DNA of 64,000 nucleotides from Eledone cirrhosa (lineage: Eukaryota). The notes under the pieces are model-generated. The model was not told the origin of the DNA, did no database searches, and was given only the letters and a program-made list of their open reading frames with translations. The position numbers and the translations under genes are program-made. The stretch lies in the NCBI GenBank assembly GCA_964016885.1, contig OZ024750.1, positions 39,370,001 to 39,434,000 on the forward strand. The letters are read 5' to 3'. How positions within the stretch are numbered: position 1 is the first letter of the stretch; each line of letters starts with the position of its first letter. Below, piece after piece: positions 35,887-46,742 of this stretch.

Positions 35887-36167
35887 GTGTTAAACAATAT
35901 TCAATGAGTATGTCAAAGAATGAGTTTTACAGTAGATTGGAAGCACTCTACGGTAAATAATTTTCCGGAGTTATTAATATTAAAATATAAATATTAATAA
36001 AATAAACTACCTTGATTAAATCTTAACCATTTAACATCTCAGGGTATGTCATGTATCATTATATTTTGTCTGATGAGGACGTACTGTTGTACATCCGAAA
36101 TATGTATAATAAAATGTAATTGATCAAAAGAACATCTATTTTATTAATATTTATATTTTAATATATA
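35236..36167. mobile_element. Four fold-back elements in (TA)n microsatellite, probably Penelope-like terminal-repeat fragments
   Basis: Inverted arms at 35236-35291/35345-35401, 35563-35662 (loop-less palindrome), 35675-35720/35735-35780 and 35976-36004/36137-36165. Each has an unpaired extension on one side, and the elements are separated by (TA)n. Confidence 0.65.
36058..36120 (+). ncRNA. Minimal type I hammerhead ribozyme
   Basis: Stem I ATTATATTTTGT/ATAAAATGTAAT, core CTGATGA (36070-36076), stem II GGACGTAC-tgtt-GTACATCC, GAAA (36097-36100), near-palindromic short stem III TATGTA, and UH = TA at 36107-36108. Confidence 0.75.
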
Positions 36168-36309
36168 GGTAAAAACTTCGCTAATCACAAGGTTTTGAGT
36201 TCCATCCCACTGCGTCACACCCTGGGCAAGTGTCTTTTACCAGACAGGTTATTACATAAAACTACATATCTTTCGTTTGTATACATATACATACACAAAC
36301 CATACATAC

Positions 36310-36725
36310 ATATATACATATTTATATACATAATACATATTTATATACATAATACATATTTATATACATAATATATATTTATATACATAATATATACATA
36401 TTTATATACATAATACATATTTATATACATAATACATATTTATATACATAATATATATATATACATAATATATATTTATATACATAATACATATTTATAT
36501 ACATAATACATATTTATATACATAATACATATTTATATACATAATATATATATATATATATATAATACATATTTATATACATAATACATATTTATATACA
36601 TAATATATATTTATATACATAATACATATTTATATACATAATATATATATATATATATATAATACATATTTATATACATAATACATATTTATATACATAA
36701 TACATATTTATATACATAATATATA
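36310..36725. repeat. AT-rich minisatellite, 19-bp unit TTTATATACATAATACATA
   Basis: Direct tandem repetition with (TA)n variants. Confidence 0.9.
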
Positions 36726-36830
36726 TATATATATACTTTTCATTTATATATATAGAGAGAGAGAGAGAATAACGGTAATATATGAAAGAAATAAAACAAA
36801 TACTAACTGGATTTAGAAGTTTGTTGACAG

Positions 36831-36926
<96 letters not shown>

Positions 36927-37311
36927 ACACACATAATTCTGAAAACTAATTCTAGAGAGGTGAGGGAGGCATATCTAAATATTTGTCTTTGTATCAAACT
37001 AAAATGTTTAGTGGGTAGAAATAACGGGAAAAAAAACTTTTAATATAGACATGTCTAGATATATGTACAAATACTCCGACACTCACCTATACATCGTGTC
37101 GGAGGACTGAAAATAAAATGCTTCATGAAAAAGTGTGAAATAAATGAATATACTATGTTTTGTTTGAGAGGTTCAGGTAAAAAAATTCCAACCAGCTTCT
37201 TGGGAGAAACTGGTTTAAAAGAATTGATGTCTGCTTGGAAACTACTTCTCCGTGAAGCAAAGAAATTAGAGTGGGTGATAGTTGGACAAGTTCGTTGAAA
37301 GTTGATTCAGT

Positions 37312-37884
37312 TCATTTTCTATTGTTATTGTTAGCTGCAATAATTTGTTCGGTGAGCCAGCTAACCCCTTCACTGACACCTTCACCGGTGAGGGCATTAC
37401 TAGAACAGATGTGCCACGCCCGCGTTTGTAGTTGGTCCAACCCTAAAAGTTCGACGCATTTCAATTTGGAAATGGAATCCCTCATATCCATCTTGTTGGC
37501 ATAAAACAGCAATGGGACGTGGCTATTCTTGATATGTTGGTGTGAAAGTAAATGATCCAGTTCGTCTTTGGCTACCACCATCCTTAATTTGTCACTACTA
37601 TCAATGACGAAGATAATACCATGACAGTCCTTGTAGTAATGTTCCCAGAGACTTCGGTAGCGCCCTTGACCGGACATGTCAAAGGCTGAGAACGATAAAG
37701 ATTTGGTTTGAAATTGCTCCACATTAAAACCAACTGTGGGGACAATATCCTGAGATCTTACTTCTGAAGGTTTAAGGTAGTTTAAAATTGTACTTTTACC
37801 ACTGTTGTCCAAACCAACGACTAAAATATTAGCCTCTTTCCGCTTCAAGCCGAACCATCGAGCGAGTGTATCTAATATTCCCAT
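37312..37884 (-). CDS. ARL6: ADP-ribosylation factor-like GTPase 6 (BBS3), 190 aa, intronless CDS
   Basis: MG start, [10 protein letters not shown]-loop, VPTVGF, the ARL6-typical [10 protein letters not shown] and [18 protein letters not shown], and [13 protein letters not shown]. Confidence 0.96.
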   Translation of the reverse strand: MGILDTLARWFGLKRKEANILVVGLDNSGKSTILNYLKPSEVRSQDIVPTVGFNVEQFQTKSLSFSAFDMSGQGRYRSLWEHYYKDCHGIIFVIDSSDKLRMVVAKDELDHLLSHQHIKNSHVPLLFYANKMDMRDSISKLKCVELLGLDQLQTRAWHICSSNALTGEGVSEGVSWLTEQIIAANNNNRK

Positions 37885-38063
37885 AATTAAGTTTTGGTAA
37901 GAAAGAGAAAAGTGATCTCATAAATTATAGATTTGTATAATAGACTGTATTCCTTGTGAAAACTGTTGATTAATCTAGTAGTTGAGTCTAGTAGTTCCAT
38001 GAACCAGTTGTACAGATTGTTTCCAGTAGTATAACGGCAGTCAGTATTAAAGACACTTCAGTA

Positions 38064-38104
38064 GCCGCCATATGATGCTACTTAAAAGTTGGTTACTAAG
38101 CACC
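38064..38104 (-). promoter_or_regulatory. Candidate ARL6 promoter: RFX X-box and YY1-like motif
   Basis: GGTGCTTAGTAAC (38104-38092) is one mismatch from GTTRCY-N-RGYAAC. ATGGCGGC lies at about 38071-38064. Both are 180-220 nt upstream of the ATG. Confidence 0.55.
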
Positions 38105-39244
38105 AGTAAACAGTCCCGGGACGACCAAACATCAGCAACAAACTCAAATATTACAACCAACACCAATAAAAAGATTTTTTAAAATTATTATTATAATTTT
38201 TAATTAATACCAGGGATATATTTAAACCCTTTATAAACTTATTTAAAACTTTCCGGACAGTTTTATTGTTTATTTTTACTTTGATATATTTATATTTATA
38301 TATATATATATTACCCGACATTCTTTAGTGAAGATGACCTCAACAGGTCAAACCGTGTAAACAATGGCCAATTCCGATCGTTCAAACCAAATACACGCCG
38401 CAAATAGTCGAATATATAAGTGATTAGTATAGATTTTTTTCTGCTGTTTCATCTAATGTAGAGGTAAGTCCTTCCTCCCACGGCCACCACACTCATATCG
38501 ACCATATAAGCCCGCAGTTCCATACCTAGACATAACCATTTCACACCTTTTTACGCCGTAAATATCTTTCTAGAATTTATCAACACCACCCAATCTCATC
38601 CGTCCTCCCCAGTAAATTTTATGATATATTAAATAAATTTCAGCAATATGCAGGTCCGGACTTTCACCTGAAGAGACCCTAAGATATATGAAATTTAAAA
38701 TAATTATATATGATTACAAAATTAAATTAGTTACAAAATGTTCCTTTAGTGTTAAAGAATAAAAGCTAATTATAAAATAAAAATATATATTTAAAAACGA
38801 GACCATAGCTTATTTAGTTTAAAGGTAAGTCTGGCAATGCGGCATGAGGTGTCTGGAATTAAATTTAGCCCCCCCTCTACACACAATAATGTATTAAATA
38901 TGTTTTAGCAATGCGGTATGACATTAAATTTTAAATAATTTCTTTTTCAATATGAAAATGACCCAAGGGAAATAACTCAATTAGGTCAGTGGCATGAATT
39001 TAGATATGTTAAAGGCTGATGTACTGAGCTATGTAAAAAAACAATTTTGATTTATTTTTCTCTTTAGTAGGAGAGAAAATAAATGGAACCCTAATAATCG
39101 TTTCTACTCTTGGGCACAAGGCCAGCAATTATCCCAGTGCAATAATAATTGTTATAAGGCATAGTCCTATTTTCGGGTTCTATTAAAGTTAAAATTTCAG
39201 ACGAAAAAATTTAAAACCGAAACAAACACAGACGGAAAGAAATT

Positions 39245-39318
<74 letters not shown>

Positions 39319-39559
39319 GATGATGATGATGATATATACCTATACAAGTGAAAACTACTTACAATAGACACTAGTAAATGTAATGAAATAATGAAAATTA
39401 TATCCACATTTTGCTCTATCCATTTCACTGGTTGTGTATGTATATGAAGATAAAGTAGTTTCTTGTCTTGTGACGGCGAATATACGCAAAAAAAAAGCAC
39501 ATTTCGTTGCACAAAATAAATATATTTTGTTCTTTGCTCACAAATGGAAATATATTTTT

Positions 39560-41620
39560 CTCAAATCCAGAGCCTTCTCACTCACGGAGGAGCTTCTACC
39601 TGGTTACCCTCCAACGTTTCCTACCTCTGGCCATATTGTGGCACGTAGGGCCGTAGTATCGAGTCAGATCATCACGCCATCTCACCTTTGGCTACCCTCT
39701 AGTTCTTCTCCACTGTCACTCCAATACTCCACCTGTTGTCTCTGAAACGAGAGACTTGACCAGCCCATCTTTAACCACTCTCTGTATCTTCTCCACTGCA
39801 TTAGTGTCCACTGTTACTCCAATACTCCACCTGTTCTCTCTGAAACGACAGACTTGACCAGCCCATCTTTAACCACTCTCTGTATCTTCTCCACTGCATT
39901 AGTGTCCACTGTCACTCCAATACTCCACCTGTTCTCTCTGAAACGACAGACTTGACCAGCCCATCTTTAACCACTCTCTGGATCTTCTCCACTGCATTAG
40001 TGTCCACTCTGTCACTCCAATACTCCACCTGTTCTCTCTGAAACGACAGACTTGACCAGCCCATCTTTAACCACTCTCTGGATCTTCTCCACTGCATTAG
40101 TGTCCACTGTCACTCCAATACTCCACCTGTTCTCTCTGAAACGAGAGACTTGACCAGCCCATCTTTAACCACTCTCTGGATCTTCTCCACTGCATTAGTG
40201 TCCACTGTCACTCCAATACTCCACCTGTTCTCTCTGAAACGAGAGACTTGACCAGCCCATCTTTAACCACTCTCTGTATCTTCTCCACTGCATTAGTGTC
40301 CACTCTGTCACTCCAATACTCCACCTGTTGTCTCTGAAACGAGAGACTTGACCAGCCCATCTTTAACCACTCTCTGTATCTTCTCCACTGCATTAGTGTC
40401 CACTCTGTCACTCCAATACTCCACCTGTTGTCTCTGAAACGAGAGACTTGACCAGCCCATCTTTAACCACTCTCTGGATCTTCTCCACTGCATTAGTGTC
40501 CACTCTGTCACTCCAATACTCCACCTGTTCTCTCTGAAACGAGAGACTTGACCAGCCCATCTTTAACCACTCTCTGGATCTTCTCCACTGCATTAGTGTC
40601 CACTCTGTTACTCCAATACTCCACCTGTTGTCTCTGAAACGAGAGACTTGACCAGCCCATCTTTAACCACTCTCTGGATCTTCTCCACTGCATTAGTGTC
40701 CACTGTCACTCCAATACTCCACCTGTTGTCTCTGAAACGAGAGACTTGACCAGCCCATCTTTAACCACTCTCTGGATTTTCTCCACTGCATTAGTGTCCA
40801 CTCTGTCACTCCAATACTCCACCAGTTGTCTCTGAAACGAGAGACTTGACCAGCCCATCTTTAACCACTCTCTGTATCTTCTCCACTGCATTAGTGTCCA
40901 CTCTGTCACTCCAATACTCCACCTGTTCTCTCTGAAACGAGAGACTTGACCAGCCCATCTTTAACCACTCTCTGGATCTTCTCCACTGCATTAGTGTCCA
41001 CTCTGTCACTCCAATACTCCACCTGTTGTCTCTGAAACGAGAGACTTGACCAGCCCATCTTTAACCACTCTCTGTATCTTCTCCACTGCATTAGTGTCCA
41101 CTCTGTCACTCCAATACTCCACCTGTTGTCTCTGAAACGAGAGACTTGACCAGCCCATCTTTAACCACTCTCTGGATCTTCTCCACTGCATTAGTGTCCA
41201 CTGTCACTCCAATACTCCACCTGTTGTCTCTGAAACGACAGACTTGACCAGCCCATCTTTAACCACTCTCTGGATCTTCTCCACTGCATTAGTGTCCACT
41301 CTGTCACTCCAATACTCCACCTGTTCTCTCTGAAACGAGAGACTTGACCAGCCCATCTTTAACCACTCTCTGGATCTTCTCCACTGCATTAGTGTCCACT
41401 GTCACTCCAATACTCCACCTGTTCTCTCTGAAACGAGAGACTTGACCAGCCCATCTTTAACCACTCTCTGGATCTTCTCCATTTCATTAGTGTCCACTCT
41501 GTCACTCCAATACTCCACCTATTGTCTCTGAAACGAGAGACATGGGCAGCCCATCTATGGTCATCCTCTGGTTCAACTTCACCTGTTATCTTCTAAACAA
41601 GAGATATGACCAGCCCATCT
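39560..41620 (-). mobile_element. 3' fragment of a second RTE-type LINE, most of it amplified as a satellite
   Basis: Minus strand reads RWAGQVSRFRDNRWSIGVTEW..RRSR in the repeat and RRTRG*PKVRWRDDLTRYYG..MARGRKRWR in the unique flank. Confidence 0.75.
39705..41560. repeat. Satellite, 98/100-bp unit, about 18 copies
   Basis: Direct tandem repetition of CACTCCAATACTCCACCTGTT..GACCAGCCCATCTTTAACCAC..CATTAGTGTC. Confidence 0.95.
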
Positions 41621-42109
41621 TGACACAAAACAATAATCTTTCCTATCACCATGATTTATTTTTCATCAATGTTTTTCTTCAAAATAAAGGTACATCTTAA
41701 ACCCTAAAAAAATACAGTAATCAACTTCTCATCATTTTAATTAGAGGAGACAGAACAATCCCCATGATTCTTTTCAGGACCTCAGAATCTTGTGAGAGGT
41801 AGGAAAGAAGTTACCCCGCCAAACCAGAAACTTGGCCCAAATACTTGCGACAAAATGGACCCTGTCTAAGACAACCAAGAGTTTGGTGATGGTGTGTAAC
41901 TCTTTTGATAGCAAACTATTTGAAAGCATCCCTGATTCTAGGATACAAAATCTGCCCATTTTACATATGGTACCAAAAGGCTTAAACTAAGGGATGGATT
42001 AAGTCTACCAATTTAAGAACAGGTAATCACTCTAATGAGCTTTCATCTTTCAGATCTTGCATCTTCAGATCACATGTCTCTGGTAGATCCATTGCTATAA
42101 TAGAAGTTA

Positions 42110-42950
42110 TTTAACCCTTTAACATTTACATTACTCTATATATACTATTGTATTTTCACAGTAAAGGCTTTACCTCACATAATATCTCACATAACATTTA
42201 CATTACTCTATATATACTATTGTATTTTCACAGTAAAGGCTTTACCTCACATAATATCTCACATAACATTTACATTACTCTATATATACTATTGTATTTT
42301 CACAGTAAAGGCTTTACCTCACATAATATCTCACATAATATTTACATTACTCTATATATACTATTGTATTTTCACAGTAAAGGCTTTACCTCACATAATA
42401 TCTCACATATTTACATTACTCTATATATACTATTGTATTTTCACAGTAAAGGCTTTACCTCACATAACATTTACATTACTCTATATATACTATTGTATTT
42501 TCACAGTAAAGGCTTTACCTTACATATCTCACATAACATTTACATTACTCTATATATACTATTGTATTTTCACAGTAAAGGCTTTACCTCACATAATATC
42601 TCACAGAACATTTACATTACTCTATATATACTATTGTATTTTCACAGTAAAGGCTTTACCTTACATATCTCACATAACATTTACATTACTCTATATATAC
42701 TATTGTATTTTCACAGTAAAGGCTTTACCTCACATAATATCTCACATAACATCTACATTACTCTATATATACTATTGTATTTTCACAGTAAAGACTTTAC
42801 CTTACATAATATCGAATCTATGAGATTTTGATATTATTTATTTTGAGAATAATACCTTAACATCAGTATGAGTGGCTGGTTACAGCAGGTTTAAACAACA
42901 AGAGTTGAGAGAATTCTGGCCAGATATGGCCTGTTTAAATGTAAAAAGTG
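42110..42950 (+). mobile_element. Family P MITE inflated by an internal 60-72-bp tandem array (about 10 copies)
   Basis: TTAACCCTTT start, repeated ACATTTACATTACTCTATATATACTATTGTATTTTCACAGTAAAGGCTTTACC, then the normal MITE remainder. Confidence 0.85.
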
Positions 42951-43229
42951 TTCTAAATAATAACACAACCACCGGGTTATTATTTTGTCTTTGTTAAAAT
43001 AAATCAATAATTTCCTTCTTATAAATATCAGTTTAATTATATTTTTAGTTTATATAAAACATTGTGAAATGTGGTTAGGATTGTTTGGAGAAAAACCAGC
43101 ACAATGTAAATTAGAAATACAAGAGTGAAAACTAAAGTTAGGAACAAAACAACAGTTTGCACCAATACCCTATATTTTATGATATTTCGAGGTTAGGAAT
43201 TCTTTATCAAAAGAAATTAATAGTGTTGA

Positions 43230-43920
43230 CAGAGGCATAACTAGGGAAAATAGTCCCCATGGCAAGCAGTGAAATTGTGACCCCTGCCCAGAGGTATAAC
43301 TAGGGAAAATAGCCCCTATGGCAAGCAGTTAAATTGTGACCCCTGCCCAGAGGTATAACTAGGGAAAATAGCCCCTATGACAAGCAGTGAAATTGTGACC
43401 CCTGCCCAAGGTATAACTAGGGAAAATAGACCCTATAGCAAGCAGTGAAATTGTGACCCCTGCCCAAGGTATAACTAGGGAAAATAGCCCCTATGACAAG
43501 CAGTGAAATTGTGACCCCTGCCCAAGGTATAACTAGGGAAAATAGACCCTATGGCAAGCAGTGAAATTGTGACCCCTGCCCAGAGGCATAACTAGGGAAA
43601 ATAGCCTCTATAGCAAGCAGTGAAATTGTGACCCCTGCCCAGAGGCATAACTAGGGAAAATAGCCCCTATGGCAAGCATTGAAATTCCACCCCTGCCCAG
43701 CACTGTATTTTTACCTATGGAGGTTTAATAATTTATATAAATAGTTTAATGATCCAGCCACCATAGTGTTCTCACCCATGACAGAGACAGATCATACATC
43801 TGAAAGAGTTTCTTCTTTTCACTCTCTGACGAGGTTTATTTGACTTTAATAGAACTTGCTCCTAGTCCAAGTGGCACCCATGGCACGTGCCATGCTTGCC
43901 AAACCCTAGCTATACCTCTG
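43230..43920. mobile_element. hAT-like MITE whose left end is amplified as a 58/59-bp tandem (about 8 copies)
   Basis: Imperfect TIRs CAGAGGCATAACTAGGG and CCCTAGCTATACCTCTG. No clear TSD. Confidence 0.65.
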
Positions 43921-44683
43921 GCTGTGGAACATTGTATTGTATGTATTGTCATAAACCGATAAAGACCAGCACTTTATCAGTCCTAGCATCTACAGGTATG
44001 TGATGAACTAAGATTGATGGACCATAAATGGTAACCACAAAGGAACAAGATGGATAAGACAGACAAAACAAGTGTTAAACTGAAATAACAGATACCCAAG
44101 TCTATTGATAGAAATATATATAGAATAGGGACATCATATCTCTGCATGTCAATAGAAGTGATGAAAAGAGTTGGTGTCAGGAGGAGAATACAGCTATAAA
44201 ACATTGCCTCAAAAAGTCCTGTCCAACCCATGTCAGCATGGAAAAGATAATGTAAAAACAAGGATGATGGTAATATATATATATATATATATTATTTCTG
44301 GCAATATTATAACAATATGGTCCTCCCGAAATATAATAATACTGTAAATAAAACCCTTTTTGTACAGCCGACCATGTTATTCTTCACTCTTTCACTATAT
44401 ATATATAATAGTGATAATAATATTATTAAGTATTGAAACTTTACTGAAGGGTTATAAGCTCAATGCAATGGCGTTCACAGAGTTGTCATATATATATATA
44501 CCCATGTTAGCGTGGAAAATGGACGTTAAACGAAGATGATGATATATATGTGTGTGTATATACATATATGTATATATATATATATGTTCAATTCTGTGAA
44601 GGGGCTGTTGGCCACCCTTTCCATCTACAGGGGTATCTTCCTCGATTTTCTACATTTCAACGTTTCAATGTTAATCACAATAT

Positions 44684-45644
44684 ATACTGGGGTGCTGAAA
44701 AGTTCCTGTCTTAAAGGTAGAACTGCTACCTTTACAGGAGAGGTAGGACCGCTGCAATAAGTGTCGCAAAAGGGTAGAACTGTTACCTTTACAGGGGAGG
44801 TAGGACCGCTGCAATAAGTGTCGCAAAAGGGTAGAACTGTTACCTCTACAGGGGAGGTAGGACTGCTGCAATAAGTGTCGTAATAGGGTAGAGCTGTTAC
44901 CTTTACAGGAGAGGTAGGACTGCTGCAATAAGTGTCGCAAAAGGGTAGAGCTGTTACCTCTACAAGGGAGGTAGGACTGCTGCAATAAGTGTCACAAAAG
45001 GGTAGAGCTGTTACCTCTACAGGGGAGGTAGGACTGCTGCAATAGGTGTCGCACTGTTACCTCTACAGGCGAGGTAGGACTGCTGCAATAAGTGTCGCAA
45101 AAGGGTAGAGCTGTTACCTCTACAAGGGAGGTAGGACTGCTGCAATAAGTGTCGCAAAAGGGTAGAGCTGTTACCTCTACAAGGGAGGTAGGACTGCTGC
45201 AATAAGTGTCGCAAAAGGGTAGAGCTGTTACCTCTACAAGGGAGGTAGGACTGCTGCAATAATTGTCACAAAAGGATAAAACTGTTACCTTTACAGGGGC
45301 GGTAGGACTGCTGCAATAAGTGTCGCAAAAGGTTAGAACTGTTACCTTTACAGGCGAGGTAGGACCGCTGCAATAAGTGTCGCAAAAGGGCAGAGCTGTT
45401 ACCTCTACAAGGGCGGTAGGACTGCTGCAATAAGTGTCGCAAAAGGGTAGAGCTGTTACCTTTACAGGGGAGGTAGGACTGCTGCAATAAGTGTCGCAAA
45501 AGGGTTGAACTGTTACCTCTACAGGGGAGGTAGGACTGCTACAATAAGTGTGTGAACATGAGGGGAATATATTGAATAAAATCATAATTAACTGATTTCT
45601 TGAATTTTCTTTTACCCAAAGCCAGGGACTTTTCAGCACCCCTA
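44684..45644. mobile_element. Tc1/mariner-type MITE with an internal 57-bp tandem array (about 14 copies)
   Basis: TIRs GGGGTGCTGAAAAGTTCCTG and CAGGGACTTTTCAGCACCCC in TA context. The array spans about 44715-45550. Confidence 0.8.
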
Positions 45645-46404
45645 TATATATATATATACATACATACATACATACTTAAGGGAATTAACAAACACGTGTT
45701 TTCAAATATTTAAACATTTTGAAAGGTTTCGTATGTAACCTGTAACTCCTTGTGGAATTGTGTGGGTGCTGTAGGGACATATGGCATTTAAAACCTGGCA
45801 GAGGCCCAACCCTCTCAAGGTCTGAACATAGCTGCTTTCTCCAGAGAGAGAGAGATAAAGGTGAAAGGATGAAAGGCAAAGTTGACCTCTGCGAGATTTG
45901 AACTTAAGCTCAGAGCCAGAACAAATACTGCAAAGCAATCTATCTGACATTTTAATGACTGCCAATTCACCACCCAAAAGGTTTAGTAATTTAACTTATT
46001 TTCTCATCATTAAGATGGTCTTTGGAGCATAACTAAACAAAGGTTCTTACATAAAATTATGGATTTTAGATAATTATATTTAAAATTTTTTGTATCATTG
46101 AACCAAGGAGTTTGTTATCAAAAGGGTTGAAGATTTCTTATTTAAGTCAAAACCTTCCATCGTAACTTTACTAAATTCGCCCAAATTACTGATTATTTTC
46201 AAAATTAAAACTTATGGACTGTTTCATTAACCCTTTTGATACTACCACCCCTCGTTCTAGTTACAAAGCTGTTTTAAAGGGTTCATATTTTTCTAAAAAC
46301 CTTCCATCATAATTTTATTTAACCTTTAAGTTCCAAACAAAATAAATGAGAAAGTTAGTTCAAATTACTAAATCCTTCCAACTTTTTTTTATTATTTTCA
46401 AAAT

Positions 46405-46518
46405 CATAAGAAATATGTAGGACCTCACATCATAAGAAATATGTAGGACCTCACCTCATAAGAAATATGTAGGAACTCACCTCATAAGAAATATGTAGGA
46501 ACTCACCTCATAAGAAAT
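46405..46518. repeat. 26-bp tandem, about 4 copies
   Basis: CATAAGAAATATGTAGGA.CTCACCT repeated. Confidence 0.85.
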
Positions 46519-46742
46519 GTGGTGTGTGGGTCACCACCTCTTCTTTATTTAGTCTTATTCTTTATATAAATTGTATCGATACGTTGATATATATGAACAT
46601 ATATTTAATAGACTGGGGGTTAAATATAAGGGTTAAAATGTGGACTGGGGGTTAAATATATGAGTTAAAGTGTGGTCATCAAATGGTTAGTCTAGAAAAT
46701 CAAAGAGAAAAATAAAACATTGTAAGGTTTTTCAGGTTTATT

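Noticed and set aside
41778-41990. Unique-looking segment after a TTTTCAG acceptor-like site
   Set aside because: All three + frames stop early and no homology is recognisable. A non-coding exon cannot be excluded.
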